Of a stretch of 24,449 nucleotides of DNA, positions 24,377-24,449 are shown piece after piece. Position numbers and translations under genes: made by a program. The notes beneath the pieces are model-generated. The model searched no databases, had not been told where the DNA came from, and was given only the letters and a program-made list of their open reading frames with translations. The stretch is from Nitrospirota bacterium (GTDB taxonomy: Bacteria; Nitrospirota; UBA9217). The first letter of the stretch is position 1, and every line of letters begins with the position of its first letter. The DNA lies in the NCBI GenBank assembly GCA_029858565.1, contig JAOUEV010000051.1, positions 1 through 24,449 of the forward strand, given 5' to 3'.

Positions 24377-24408
24377 AGGCCTGTCCTTTCAAGGACAGGC
24401 CTTTTTTT
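24377..24408 (+). terminator. Intrinsic terminator of the dsr cluster
   Basis: AGGCCTGTCCTT-TC-AAGGACAGGCCT followed by a T run. Confidence 0.9.
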
Positions 24409-24449
24409 GTTCTCTTTTCCTTCTGGACAATGGGGAAGGGATAGTTTAA

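Noticed and set aside
24349-24408. dsrP UGA followed by a hairpin
   Set aside because: The hairpin has a long U-tract and is an ordinary terminator; DsrP is complete.
1-24449. CRISPR arrays, tRNA/rRNA genes (including selC), transposases and hgcA/hgcB mercury-methylation genes
   Set aside because: None seen. The ferredoxin lacks the HgcB C-terminal Cys pair and no HgcA cap-helix motif is present.

Overview
This window comes from an anaerobic sulfur-dissimilating bacterium; the dsr gene order suggests Nitrospirota/Thermodesulfovibrionia (inference). Right half (12.1-24.4 kb): a reductive-type dsr cluster, dsrA-B-D-N-(Zn-ribbon ORF)-C-ferredoxin-dsrH/E/F-like-dsrT-M-K-J-O-P, preceded by an AT-rich control region with a sigma54-like promoter. 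Left half (0.9-10.9 kb): a minus-strand cluster behind a CysL-type LysR regulator, encoding a MerT-like membrane protein, a small membrane peptide, two SAM methyltransferases, three 2-hydroxyacyl-CoA-dehydratase/double-cubane-family modules, their ATP-dependent activator and small Cys-rich proteins, plus a divergent DUF5714-like gene. The ORF track hides the main signal. Three in-frame UGA codons (8646-8648, 4747-4749, 10857-10859) are each followed by a hairpin whose loop begins with GG 17-21 nt downstream, as in bacterial SECIS elements. This predicts a MerT-like selenoprotein, an 865-aa Sec-linked dehydratase/double-cubane fusion and a C-terminal CxxU protein, together a candidate selenium-dependent metal(loid) transport/methylation/reduction system next to dsr. 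Two genes (dsrN and the first dehydratase-like subunit) appear to need a -1 frameshift. All calls are from reading motifs by eye; no searches were run.
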